A stretch of 64,000 bases of DNA from Trichoplax adhaerens (GCF_000150275.1 NW_002060956.1:1827353-1891352), one strand, 5' to 3'; counted from the first letter of the stretch, positions 12,061 through 25,800 are shown. The notes: generated by a model not told the origin, from the letters alone. Program-made: numbers and translations.

Positions 12061-12802
12061 CTTTTACGTTTATAAGCTAGACTGTAGGATTTCTACAAGT
12101 ATCACTCATCATTGAAGAGATGCGTGCAGTAAATGCTGATAAACATAATTAATCTTTGGTATATCGGATGGATTTTACTCATATTTATTAATCATTAAGT
12201 GAGTCTTTAGCTCTAATAACACCATTTTACTTTCATAGCATTCGATATGAAGGTACTTCTGAAGAACTATCTCGAATTTTCTTAATAGTCAATTGCTTCG
12301 TTTAATGTTCGTTGCAAAAGCTTTCAAATAATTTCAAAATAGCTCTGGCCCTTGTTAAAATTTAGCACATTGATTTTACCATACGCATAAACAGAAAAAG
12401 GGATACGTTGATGTTTTACGATAATAAGATATTTCTTTTCTGATATCTGTTCAATAGTACAATATAAATCAGTGAATGATATCAAATTAAATAAACGTTA
12501 GCTACTGTGCTGTGTACAATATTACTGACAAAAAGGTTACTTCAATGACGACCAATTGTACAAGAAAATGTTCAAACAGCTAGCTAACCGACAATCGAGG
12601 TAGAATTTAATATCTATGTCTAGATCGATTCGGAACAATAATACTTTAAAGAAATTTTTTCGGATTTGATCAAACAGTATTATTATTAAATAATATGAAC
12701 AATATCATAGGTTTTATATATAAGTGTGTTAACGTAATTATCCACGTTTACCGGTCCTTCGCTCTATCTTAGACGGACTATTGACTTGTTACTGGCGTGT
12801 GT

Positions 12803-14092
12803 TTAAGTTTCAGCTATTCTTTTCCCGTAAAAGTGAATAACCATTAGCATAAAACCCTCCGGAACAAAATATAAACTTAATACCAATAGCCTTGGAAAAT
12901 ACTTTATGTTAGTCCGAATAATATCGCAAACTTCACGATCTTTAACTTCCTTACGTGAGTGATCTAAAGGGGACCTATAGATTATGGTAAATAAATACCA
13001 AGCTATAATTCCAAGCAGTAGTAGAATTAGAATTAGTTTCATCCACTTAAGCAGACTCTTGTTTTTGTTCCGTATCCCAATACATGCAGCAGCCATACAT
13101 ATAAAATTAATCACTAAATAGCATCCAAGCACAATTGCTGCTGTTGGATCATAAGCCCCAAGAGCACGTATTTTCGATAAGATAGTGCCACCTAATTGAC
13201 AGATAGTGGCAAGAAGAAACAATTGAAATGGTGTAGTTTCTTAATATCATTTTAAGAATGAATTGTACCTTTTAATCACAAACGAGTAGTTTAAATTAAT
13301 AGTAATGATTAAAAAATATATAAATTACGACCAATAAAGGTAAGCTAGTCTTAATTGTCATAAATGATATATTAAAATATTTAGGGTATTGTTTATTGCA
13401 TTCTCTGTAAACTCTAAACTTACCTTCCAAAATATAAAAGAATGGGGTGACGATATAAATGTAAATTCCAATGATTGCGAGGATAATACCTAAGACTGAA
13501 TACAGAATTTTTTTATAGTCATTTCATGCAAGGATTGAAAACCAATGTAAAACCTCGTGATACTAGAATTTTAGTTCTGCATAGTTAAGACGAGAAATTT
13601 GTAATATAGAAGCATTTATTTAAGAATCGTAGCCCTACAAAATTTAAGACATGTTGCTAATATCGATAATCTGGTTGGCTTCAGCGCTATTATTTTAGGT
13701 TTGCTTGGATCTAAAAATACAGGTTTAAAAAATAAAATTATTTTATGAGTTAAAATCATGTCACCTATAAAAGAATGCCTCAAATACCTATAAACGTATA
13801 CAAGGATAATAAACAACATTGTATGTTTTAAGTCTGCATATCTATTGATACATGTATCCAGTCTTAAAGAAGAGGAAGTGAAACTCTTGAACAATGAACT
13901 CATTGAAGGATATTGTATTGACAACTTGTTTCACAAATTTTCTACCAGGGCGATAGAATAAATAGATACTATAAACAGATATTGATTAATACTTTAACGG
14001 ACCTTCTTGCCCTGCTATTGGCAGCGGAGAGTCAGTAATAGTTGCTAAAGGTATGTCATTTTGGCCATTAGTAAGATCAGTAACATTAGCAA
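12803..14092 (-). CDS. Four-transmembrane (tetraspan-like) membrane protein, 5' end unresolved; exons 14092-14003, 13710-13639, 13495-13424, 13191-12803
   Basis: Phase-1 GT-AG junctions give ...ANVTDLTNGQNDIPLATITDSPLPIAGQEDPSKPKIIALKPTRLSILATCLKFFLGIILAIIGIYIYIVTPFFYILEGGTILSKIRALGAYDPTAAIVLGCYLVINFICMAAACIGIRNKNKSLLKWMKLILILLLLGIIAWYLFTIIY...LLVLSLYFVPEGFMLMVIHFYGKRIAET*. It has four hydrophobic helices and a tetraspanin-like CIG...N..LL TM2-TM3 turn, but no CCG motif. Confidence 0.65.
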
Positions 14093-16130
14093 CTGGATAT
14101 ACAATACCTCAATTGAAATATCTACTATTTTTAAACCTGTCACAGTTCTACCAACAATGAAAACGTCTTTTAAGATAAACTGAAATTTTCATAATTTTTG
14201 CTAACTTTAAATGATCTTTTGTGGCTTTACGTAACTTTCCAGATGTAATCTTGTTGTTTATTGGTTACAAAGCAGCTATTAGTTTACTGATTTATCCAGG
14301 ATTCTATTGCAAATGATCATGTATTGCATATATGCAATAAAATTTTCTACATTGATAGCATTTACGACTGCAGTACTGATATGCTTGGAAGTTAACCATA
14401 TGTTATTACAAAAAACAATTGACCATGCTAACAAATCCAGGTGGCTGCTGTTGTCAAACTATTATAAAGAATGCCATTATTGATGATTAATAAACATGGA
14501 AGAAGAATTACGCCAATATAATTCTCTAGATCATTTCTGTCATTAATATAAATTGGGTTGCAAGACTTCTGCTCAACAAGTCAAGTGATCATGTCGTACA
14601 AACAGCTAAACAATTTTCTTTACAGAATGCATTAAATTAACAGTTTTACCTAAAGACCTTTATTTTAGTTTAAATTAAATAGGAATAATGTTGCAATGGC
14701 TTCTAATCTTTCTCTATTATTAAGTTTTATTTTCACGAATGGTAAATCTGCCTTTTCTGTTAATTATTTATATTGAAAGGATTTTGACAATGACAGTACG
14801 TTACATTCTTAGGCGTTATAAAATCCAAATAAATGCTTGTTTAATACGATGATACTTGCCAACAGTTTCCGAAGTAACTTTCTGCTAGTATAAAATTTAA
14901 TTTCTAACTATTACATGAAACTAAATCTGAACAAATAGTAAATCGGCCAGTTTTGGTCTATTCCTTCCATTTAATGATAGTAAGTAAATATAATATGAAC
15001 TGCATAAACGAGGAATAACTTATTTTAAGTAATGTAGAGATAGTAAGTTTTAAAAGCTACTGAAATTTATTAACGAATCACTAGTCCAGCATTGTATGAA
15101 ATATATATCACTGTGAGTACGTATATTGCAAGGCTATACAGGCTAAATATTGAGATAAAATGAGTTAGATATATTTGATTTCTATAAGGCTACATAATAT
15201 ATTGTTCTCATAATATAGGATGGTATTTTGATGATAATTTGAATCTAGATATGTAGATAGAGATTTGTAGATACGGTATTTTATAAAAATGATATACAGT
15301 TTAACATAGAACAAATTCCTTCCCAAGTGTTCTAAATAACATTTCACATAATTTTTTTCAACTAAGAAATAACAAGTATATACGTCGTGCAATAAAGTAC
15401 ATCTCTCTCACGTCAGCATTTTCAAGTATCGTAAGGGCAATAGCTTTGAAAGCAATTATAAGATATTAACTAGTCAACTAGTTATTTCGATATTTACTTT
15501 CATAACTTCAATAGTAGAATTTATAACCGAATTATTGCCGAATTCTAACATATTGCGTTGAAATATCCTGAGTAGCAATATAGACAGGGCAACTCCATTG
15601 AATAAAAATAAATAAAATACTTCCGACAATTTCCTCCATAATCAATAGAATTAACTTTAAATTTAACATACTGTACACTAAAAATTCTATTTTTAATGAA
15701 CCTCATAATTCAGAAGTTTCTTATGAAAATAGATAATAGAAGCAGAGAAGTTTGACTGCTATAAATTCCGTGACAGTATTAACTAACTCATTGTTAGTTT
15801 TTGTTCTTAGAAATTTAAAGGATAAATTTATCTTACAATAACATCATCTAAATGTCATAGCCATAAAGGAGTATAAATGTAAAAATAATATGTTTCAAAA
15901 GTTTTATAGCCCGAAGATGAATTATCTTAATATTTATTGCATCATGAATCACTGTAGCTGGATGTCGTTAAATAAATTAAGTACAGTTTATTCATAAACC
16001 AGCAAGCCATAATCCGCTCATATTGCTTTGAATACGGTGAAGGTGATTCAAGGGGAAGTAATTTGTTTCTAGATCAAATCTAAAAACTGAATTTTAGAGA
16101 ATAACCATTTCACAGAAGTTCATCAGTAAA

Positions 16131-17306
16131 ATGCAGTGAGTAAAGTTAGCCCACTTAATTGATTCGAGTGCTTGCTTTTTTTAACTTTCAGCTTTCAAAT
16201 TTAAATTGCTTTATTATCAAAAGGTTCAGGCAGAGTTTTTTCATTTTCTTGCTTTGATCACTTGCTTTTATTATTTTAGATTTAAAGCTCCTAGAACGTT
16301 AATCAATTTGTTTCAACATCCTGCTATCATTATAGCATGGATTATCGGTCTATGTGGAATGATAGCTAACGTTACGCTTCTAATTGCTATTTGGAAAAGA
16401 TATCAGGCAACCTTTAAAAAGGGCTGGTTCAAAAAGGAGTTAAAGACAGTGGAGTTATATATCATTAATTTAGTATTTGTTGATATACTAGGTGCAACCT
16501 ACCTGCTTATCATTGCTGTTGCAAATACTGTTTATGACGTTCATGATACCCGTGGAAAGTTACCATCTTCAAATTTTAGCAATATATTCACAAATAATAG
16601 CAAGCCTGTATCTATCGTTAATAGATGGGGAATCCATCCCCTCTGCAACATAGCCAGATTTCTTTACTTTTTATCACTTACTATGTCTGTTTTAATTACA
16701 CTATTAATCGCTATAGAGCGCTGGTTAGTTGTCGTTGGATCTTTAAAAACTTCAGAAGTTAACAGAACAAGAGCGAGAGTAATATTAATACTCTGTTGGT
16801 TATTTTGTATCGGGAAGGCTCTTTATCCATTTATACGATCTATAGTGGTCTTAGATCGTGTTAAGAATCAAACACGCAGCAATCTAATGTTATGCCTACT
16901 TGCAGATCCTGATATTTCTAATGTACGTTATTTCAACATCATTAACTTAAATATCTTTTATATTTCTTACGTTTTCTGCATTTTAATATACATGTTATTG
17001 CTGATTAAAATGCATCAAGCCAGAAAGATTACTCTATATAACAGTAAGAAACCGCAAGTTATTTTAGCAAAAACTATGGCCCTTATCACCGTTTGTAATT
17101 TATTCTCCAATCTTCCCATTACAATCATTATTATATGCAGAATGAGAGGATTAACTATTGTTTTTAACCCAAATTTTACACATGCTTCTGCGATTTGTAT
17201 CGTACTGATGTTTGTCAGTACAATTAGTAATCCAATTATCTACATTAACAGAAATCATCAAACTACGAATCGTAGTCAACGCCGCGTACGCATGAGAAAA
17301 TTATAA
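16131..17306 (+). CDS. Class A (rhodopsin-like) GPCR 1, LGR-like 7TM core without ectodomain; probable 5-nt first coding exon 16131-16135 plus exon 16280-17306 (~343 aa)
   Basis: Seven hydrophobic helices with IINLVFVDILG, WGIHPLC, IAIERW, LAKTMALITVCNLFSNLP and NPIIY. The listed ORF starts at a TTG. ATGCA|GTGAGT (donor 16136) splices in phase 2 to TTTTAG|A TTT AAA (acceptor 16279), giving MQFKAPRTL. Confidence 0.88.
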
Positions 17307-20300
17307 TAAATTAGCGGCTATAGAGACCGGATCATATTATAGCCGTATTAAGCAAAAAATAGGTTAGCAAATTTAAGTTCTTACTAATAATAACGCCAAT
17401 ACCAATTTCTGAATTTAGTATAAGGTAGTATGATTCAATTGAAAATATAAACACCGATACAGTAATTACTTTCTCTGGTAAGCTTTGCTATATATGACGT
17501 TCATATTACGGAACTATGTCCGGATGTTATGTTTACTTAGTGACAATATTCTTCAATGTCTTTAGAGTGATCAGTAGACTAGCATATACTTATATACTTT
17601 ATTCCCGTAGCAAGTTAATCCACAATCTAATATTGCATTTTAAGGCGAAACTTAAACTCAGTTGCACAGTACTACATATTGCAATCATATAATTGTAAAC
17701 CTCCAAGGTAACCATTCTAGAAGAAAACAACTTGTGTATATTCTTATTAGAATTTGATGATCCGTTTTTGAAATTTGCAAACCATAGAACTAGCTTCGAT
17801 CATGTTATTTATTTTATTGCATAGCCTGTGGCATTCCTAGGATACTTTGTAATTAAAATAATACTATTTAATTATAGACAACAATGCGTTTAATACGTAC
17901 ATGTATAGAGATATCCTTTCCATGCAGCTCCTTTTAAGAATCTTACCACCTAGGGCATTTTAGAGATAAGTAGTTATTAATTTCTTAGTTTACTAAAAGA
18001 AAGAGCAAAGACTTGAAATTCTTGTAATGATAAAGAATATTACGTTCAATTTAATCTATATTAATATTTAAGATCTTTTATTTTATTCCTTCATTCTTAA
18101 GAATTCGTTGTCGCCTCGATTAAAATCGTGTCTTAAACGAAATTATCTCATATTACACGATCAAATAAATTTAATATCTTTCAGTATCAAAAAAAATCTA
18201 AATTAAGCATACTACTATCTATTATAGATTATTATATTAGTTTCTAATGCCTTGACCATCCCATTGCCATTCTATTGCTTAAATGTTTTATCACATATAT
18301 TAGCGCAGCCTGTGAAGCTATGAGTAATTGTAAATCTTAGGTCTATGTACCGTATATTTACTTTATTAGGTACATTTAAATGGTACTGATGTATTCATTA
18401 TGGCAAATGATTGATGATGTCTTTTATCAGATCATTAGGCAGCGTCTCGATCGCATTTAAATACTGCGTATATAAAGATACAAAATCACCCCACATACGG
18501 CGTTGCTTTATGGATATAGCTTCGACAGGACCATTAATTCAATCCATCACAATCGCCTTATAGATATTAGCAAAAATATTATAATATTTGTCCATCAGCT
18601 AATGGATAAAAAAAAAATATCATGATTTAGAGTTTAACAGGTTAATATATTTGAATTAATCATCACTGAACAGTAAATATATTTAATCGAGTGTAAATTC
18701 TATTATATTAAAATTCAAATAATCAATATCTAAATATCTTTATACAATATCATTTTATTCATCTTATACAGAAAGGCCGTCAATTCAGTGATATTCAAAA
18801 TCACATAGGAATTTTTTCTATTTCCAATGGTATCAAATATATTAAATTAAATACGATAATTGAGAAAATGCCCATTAAATTATATACGAGTGATTATAGT
18901 AGCTGTCAATAATGTATGCAGTTTTCATTGGACTATTCTAATCTCGTTGTTAACTTGTGATTGCCATAAATAACTCCAGCGCAAGCTATCTTTTTCTCTT
19001 ACATGTATCCGTAATTTCGGCATTATTGACAATAACGATATTAAATAACCATGCACACCTTAAAAATTACTGCTATGGTTTTGTGCAATTATGCGATCTT
19101 ATGATCTACGTTTGGCATTTATGATTAGAAGCTAATTTCGGAGATATAATCCGTTATGCTATTACTTCAATTTTTTATCTTCTTATGTTAAGTATCATGA
19201 ATCACGATTTGTTTTATTTTAGTAGCGATGAAAAATGATTCGCATAATATCTATATGGTCATTCTCTTTCCAATATCAACTATTATTGAAATCAACACCA
19301 TTAAGTTCGCAACTTTGCTTGCAGTCTTGATATTGAAACATCGTATTATAAAATTCGAATTATAGCTGCCTTTACAATAATTGCATAAAATTTGGAGCAC
19401 CGATACATAGTGCAGTTTATAATTGAATACTAATATAAAATCTCTTTCGATATACTTCGAGTATATGTCCTATGTACTCAGTGATTATCCATCTTGCATG
19501 GAGTAAAGGAAAATTTTATACAAACTAGCAGAATTACACGTATTGCGTCCCAACAAGATTTATCAGTTCCTTCTTGCATTTCTACGATAAAAACGATTAC
19601 CTTTAAATGTTCGAAAACACCTAAAATGATTTGCAATGCAATACGGCCATCTAGCTGGAAATACGTCAATAATGAATCAAAACAGTCTTAACAGTTAATC
19701 TTCCGTATCAAAATCAAGCATGCTTCTGTGCATTATGCGCAGTACAGTAATGTAACCTACAGCATCTACCGATATATGTTATTAATTACAACAGATCATT
19801 AATTAAATTTAATGCATTTTTGTCGTTAATGAAATTAAAATATAATCAGTTCTTTAGCACAAATTTAACGCTGAGCTAAGTATGTTGCTAGAATCTCATT
19901 TGTATTCATAAAATCATCCGACGTTAATTGGTAAGTATGATTACATTAAGAATTCATTATCAAAGTTAAGTACGGGTAGGTTTAATATTCAGTGCTTAAT
20001 TATTAGTTACGGCAAATATTTAAAGAGTCATAAAGCACGAGCCTGAATTCCATTTGGTAAAGCGGGCGCCTCTACAGTAAAATCCTGGTTGCCGTCAAAG
20101 AAAATCTACAATATACTAGAAATTTTTGGACGATAAAAAGATTGCAAATATATTAATTAGTCATTGTGTAGATGTTTTCAAAGTTAAATCACTTTTAACT
20201 AAATTAATTGGGAACTATCGAGCTTTTTTAAATGGATTATTTTGGATAGGCAGTAAAATTTATGAAGTTTACAAGCAGTAACACAGAGTAGTTAAGAATT

Positions 20301-21735
20301 TAACATCACATTGTAAGCAATATATAACATACAAAAATTTAACATTCTGTTTCAAAAAATTGATCGTGAATTATCATCAATCATTTAGGTCATAGCAAAT
20401 TAATTTACATTAATATTATATTTTTTCCTTACAAGAGTAGTTAATTTTTATCTATTTTAATGAAGTGATTGATCTTTACAGTGTTCAAGTATAAAATAAT
20501 TATAACGGTAATAGACTATTATAAATTGCATCTAAAGATTGTATTTAGCGTTACTACCGTTGTATAGCATATATATGACCACAAAGACCAATACGTGTGT
20601 AATAAGCAGTTTTACTACATACAGTATGCAATGCATAACGACCGAAACTAATTTGTTTACAAAGAATGTAGATTCTACCAATTTTAATTATTTATTTCCT
20701 CCGCAATGATTAGTTAAAGCAGATGTTACAGAAATCAGAGATGTTGTGCACTTGGAATAAAGAAATTGAATTTACGGTTGGTATGAATAGTTGACCATTA
20801 CAAAATAAGAATATGCATATATGTGCTATTATTGCAAAGGAGTAATGGCCATTTACGGATGCATGTCATGGAGACATATGTTCAGCTTTCAAAAATTTTA
20901 TCAATATACCAAAATATTCAATTTTAGCTGTAACAATTCGAAATAAGGATTTCTAATCTTTACGAGAATTTGAAAACTTTTAGCTCCTTTCATAAACATT
21001 CCAATTCCCTTTAATAAGAATTTATAAAAAAATAAACAGTGAAAGAGGGCGACAGCCAACTCAATCCAGGTTCTTAATAAATCGTCTATGCAAAATCGTA
21101 GAATGCTTCCAGTTTAAAATCTAAAATATGGAATAGGAGCAGACAATGTCCTCGCAAACTATTTTGATTTGAATCGGTTTCAAGTTTAATAAATGATTGA
21201 TCCATTTTCGGCTGAAATCTCGATCAAATATCATGATAATTTATAATAAAGCACAGACATATAAAATCAATTACTACTTAGTAAGATTCATGATTGGGAT
21301 AGAAAAAGGAAGTTGACTTCCTGCCTGATCGATCAAATGTATGAGGGCGATTAGTATCTAATATCATATTCCATTTCTTCACCCCAAATAACATATGGCA
21401 TTCAGTAGTGAACATTGAGAACATAATTAGCTAATTAAGTGAACTATTATTAACCAAATTAATATAATATTACGCATGTGTAAAAGCACGATGATAACTA
21501 CCACCGACAATATAAATATTCCGCTTGTGGAAACAAATTTCAGTTCGCGTGTAAATAATTCAAGCCCGAAAACGATAGTTAGTTCCATCGAAAATCGTGA
21601 TAAATCTTATTGTCGAACCAAAGCCTTTAATTAATATAAAAAATCGTACCCTACATACGAAAATTTGAAAGTTTCTACCGAAGCTATATCGTAATTATTG
21701 CGTAAACCATAGTTATTATTCTCTTCAATTTAAAC

Positions 21736-22812
21736 ATGTTCTATTCACTTTATCAAGGAAATAACACGGCAAGAGCGACGGCGTGGATTATCGGTATGTT
21801 AGGCTTAATTGGAAACGGTTGCATAATTATTTATTCTCGAAAAAAGAATTTATTGAAAGTCAGTAATAAAGGACTAAGTACTCGTTCTAGACAAGCGACC
21901 CGTAAATCATCAGTCATATGCAATTATCTAATTTTTAATTTAGCCATTGCCGATTTGTTAGGCGATCTTTATTTAACTATAATTGTATCAGCCGATACAT
22001 ATTATGGAATTAATTATCCAGTAATTTATCAGACTATCAATCCTGTTAATGAAACAAATATTTGGATCTTTCATCCATTCTGTCATATTGGTAGATTTTT
22101 TTACTTTACATCTACTATTTTGTCTATACTGATTACATTAGTTATTGCCGTTGATCGATTTGTGAGCGTCATTTTTCCCATTAGCAAATTAAAACTAAAT
22201 CTTCAAAGATGTCGAATTATTATGCTAATTTGCTGGATCTTAGCAAGTAGTTTCGGTCTATATCCCACTATTAGAGGATTTATCAACGTAAATTTATTTG
22301 CCAAGATGTTCTGGTTCCCTATTAATGCATGTCTTTATGAAGATACTGATGAACAGCTTGTTACGGACTATATCAACGCAAAATATGCAATTTTTTACAC
22401 TTGTAGTTGTTTAGTATGTCTTTGCTATATTTTTATTTTGATTCACGTAAAAACTAAAAGTAAATCTAGTAGTGCCACTCAATCTGAAGCTATTCAACGT
22501 CATATCCTTCTCATCATGATCGCCGTTACCATTTCTAATATTGGCAGCCTATTACCGTCAACGGTCATGTTTGAACTCTATAGATTAAATACTCCATTTA
22601 CTCCTTTATATGATTATATGCTAACCGTAGGTACCATGATAACATTCGTTAATACCGCAGTTAATCCAATAATTTACATGGTTATGTCACCTTCTTTGAC
22701 CAGGAAACTCTTCAAATGTTGTAAGGTTAGATTTTATATACGCAACAGAGTTAACGATGCTTCGCATTGTATAGATGAGGACAAGCCAGTGCATAATCCT
22801 CAACAATCGTAA
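21736..22812 (+). CDS. Class A GPCR 2, intronless, LGR-like 7TM core, 358 aa
   Basis: GN in TM1, NLAIADLL, WIFHPFC, IAVDRF, ISNIGSLLP, NPIIY. TATAAA at 21635, ~100 bp upstream. Confidence 0.93.
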   Translation: MFYSLYQGNNTARATAWIIGMLGLIGNGCIIIYSRKKNLLKVSNKGLSTRSRQATRKSSVICNYLIFNLAIADLLGDLYLTIIVSADTYYGINYPVIYQTINPVNETNIWIFHPFCHIGRFFYFTSTILSILITLVIAVDRFVSVIFPISKLKLNLQRCRIIMLICWILASSFGLYPTIRGFINVNLFAKMFWFPINACLYEDTDEQLVTDYINAKYAIFYTCSCLVCLCYIFILIHVKTKSKSSSATQSEAIQRHILLIMIAVTISNIGSLLPSTVMFELYRLNTPFTPLYDYMLTVGTMITFVNTAVNPIIYMVMSPSLTRKLFKCCKVRFYIRNRVNDASHCIDEDKPVHNPQQS

Positions 22813-25800
22813 TCAACTGATCTAAGTAGTGACTTTAGGTATTGTACTATTATTTATTACTACTCATTAAGATTCCTGTATACTTGATATTAAAATATGC
22901 TGTGGTGTACAGCTTAGTCTACTATATTTAATTCCTGTTGGTTATCATTAGAAGGTCTCCTCTGTCTCATTTAAAGGGTTAACGATTAAATATATGACGT
23001 ATTTGAAATCAATTCAAATGCACCAAGCACTTATCATTACGTTAATAATATTCTAGCTTCCTTACATTTAATACTAATATATCTTCATCTAAAACTACTA
23101 GGACTTGCAATCATTCAAAGTTTCGCTAGTTTATGATACCTTAAATGGTGACAAAACATATATAATGCAAAATTGTAGAGTACTAGTTATAATAAAGATT
23201 ACTTTTATTTGAACCGGACTTGATCTAATGCGACTGATGTTAAATAAATCAATATGTAACTGCTTGAAACTATAATAAACTCTAACTTATAAGAAACTTA
23301 ATATTCACGCCACTGTGTTGTTACAGTTTATAATTTTACTGTGGATGGGTTTGTATTTTTTTCAACGTAATCTCGAGGCCTTTCCTCAGTAGCAACTATA
23401 GACTTAAGCAGTTAGTGTATTATTTCTAACCTTTGCATTTGTATCATTTTGTAGTAAACTGACGTAGAAAAGACATTAGAGCTAATTAGAGAAGTTATGT
23501 AGGTGTGAAAGTTTGTGTCAGTTCGTGAACTTTCTCTCCAGCTATTCACTATATGCGTATCAGATATTCTATTGGCACAGTCTAACCAACATATTAATTA
23601 AATATTAGGCAGGTATTAATGCGTACTTTATTGTTAAGAAAAGTATTAGACTAATTAAAGTGAAGAGTAATCGGTAACTTTAGATTAATTAAATGATGTA
23701 ATATTAGCCTTGTAACTCTACCTCAACATGCTAAAAATAATCACTCGTTTTAAAGCTAATGGAATTAAAAAGTGAAATCGATATCGTAAGCGAGATTTAA
23801 TTATCGTATATCAATTTAATAGAAGCTACTTTTAAAAAATATTTAACTGCTCACGTTAAACAGCACTGAATACCGTAAGTTATGTCGACTCGTAATTTCA
23901 GTACTTACACGTGGTGATAAGATAGCTTGCGATCAGTTTTTATGCTTACTATAAATTTACGTCAAATACAATGTCATAGTGAAAAATTTAATATACTATG
24001 TCAAGAGTCAATCTCTATTACTCAGAATACAGATAAAGCAATAATTGCTTTATCTTTGCTTGAAGGGTATAATTATTAGATGTAAAAGACGTTCTCGTTC
24101 TGTTGTTTGAATATTATTTTCTATTATAATTAATTAGCGAATACAAGTTACTTATTATTCTCAAGTTAAAAGTAATTAATAGAATAGGATTGTGAAGTTA
24201 AATTTAAATAACAATCGTTCGAACTTCAGGCTTCGAGTATATTTTGGGAATTAAGTACGGATACTTTATTTCAGAGACGGGAAAGACCATAGAAATTATT
24301 AGCACTGCTTACTGAACATATAGAATAAGTATTTAAATTTTATGCTATAAATTCTGACATAGAGAATAATGAAATAGTGAAAGAAGCAAAGATAAAAATT
24401 TTATTGAAAGACTGTATACATAAATAGGAAAATTTGATCTTCTTTTTTAAGATCTGCTGTAGTAGGAAGTTTTCCTAGTCTTTCAGAGCTTTTTGTATTA
24501 TTACATAGTATCTTGACGATAGAGAATCGGTAACAAAATCTGATATTATAGAATTACTTGTGTGATTTACATTATTATTACAGTTAGTAGAACAGCTTTT
24601 GTGACAATGACGGAAAGAATAGATATGCTTTTTACAAACTCTGCCTATTCCAATATTCGTTTCCTCAATAAACAAAGTATTACGAGTGAGTAAACAGTAA
24701 CATGTAAGGGCAAAATCTCTCTTTGTATTGATAGGCTACTGTAATGCTGTGAGTTTAGTACTTGAGTTAAATTCTTAATTAAGTATAGAATTATTAATAT
24801 GCACTACCGTAGGCTATAGCACTTGCGTAGTTTAATGCGATTAGTTGCTCGTGCCCCGGCAAAATATGATAATTTAATGCCCGTGATTAACGTGTGGAAG
24901 CGTGATAATGCTACTATCATTACTAAATAGGTCATGCGCTAGGATTTATAAGCGTATGCAACAGTAGATCAGGAGTTCTTCTTGTTCATAGTTTGTTGTA
25001 AATACAGTTACAATTGGCTTTTATTGTAATAAAGCTTAATTTGAGTTTTAAATCCAGTTAAACTGATTTATTGTACTTAAATTAAAAATGTAGTTCATGA
25101 CTTTGTAAGTATCGATGCTTACAAATGTTGATGTCGCATTTTTCTCATAAATTCACCTCGTATTATTGCTTGATCTGATCAATTTACAGTCTAAATTCTC
25201 AGTACTATTGCAGCAATACACATAATTTCATTTCGATGTACAATATATCCGTCAAAATTTTTGATAAATCATAAATTTAAAGAAAATTGATTAATAAGTA
25301 CCTTTATTTAATAAATACTGAAACCAACTGCTGTTTTGTATATGTACACGTATATACAATGATGTAAAAAGTTTCTGTTGAGAGAGTAATACAGTAAGGG
25401 CTGGTAAATTTATTTACTTAATGCTAGTATAATCAACATATAATTAATAGAGTATATTCCCTCTCATCTGTACTAATATTGTTCTAGTAACTATACGTTC
25501 ACTTTCAGTATTTTCATTTTGGATTGAAAATAGTAAGAGAAGCAAAAATTAAAGTTTTCTTGAAAAACTGTGCGTATAGATATAAAATTTGATCTTAATC
25601 TGATAAGGAATACTGTACTACACTGTCTTTAGGTGATGGATTGGAGCTCTGGATTTCTTGCCCAAAATCCAAACTACCATTACATAAAATAAATATTAGT
25701 CGCCATATTATTGCAGATAAGTTTATCTAAGTCAATCTACAAAATAAAATTTTCGAAAAATTTTTAGAATTTGGCAAGAAAATATTCTGAAACTCCGAAT

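Noticed and set aside
16206-16279. N-terminal extension MLYYQKVQAEFFHFLALITCFYYF of GPCR 1 as a signal peptide
   Set aside because: It starts at TTG and is the polypyrimidine tract of a probable intron ending TTTTAG at 16279.
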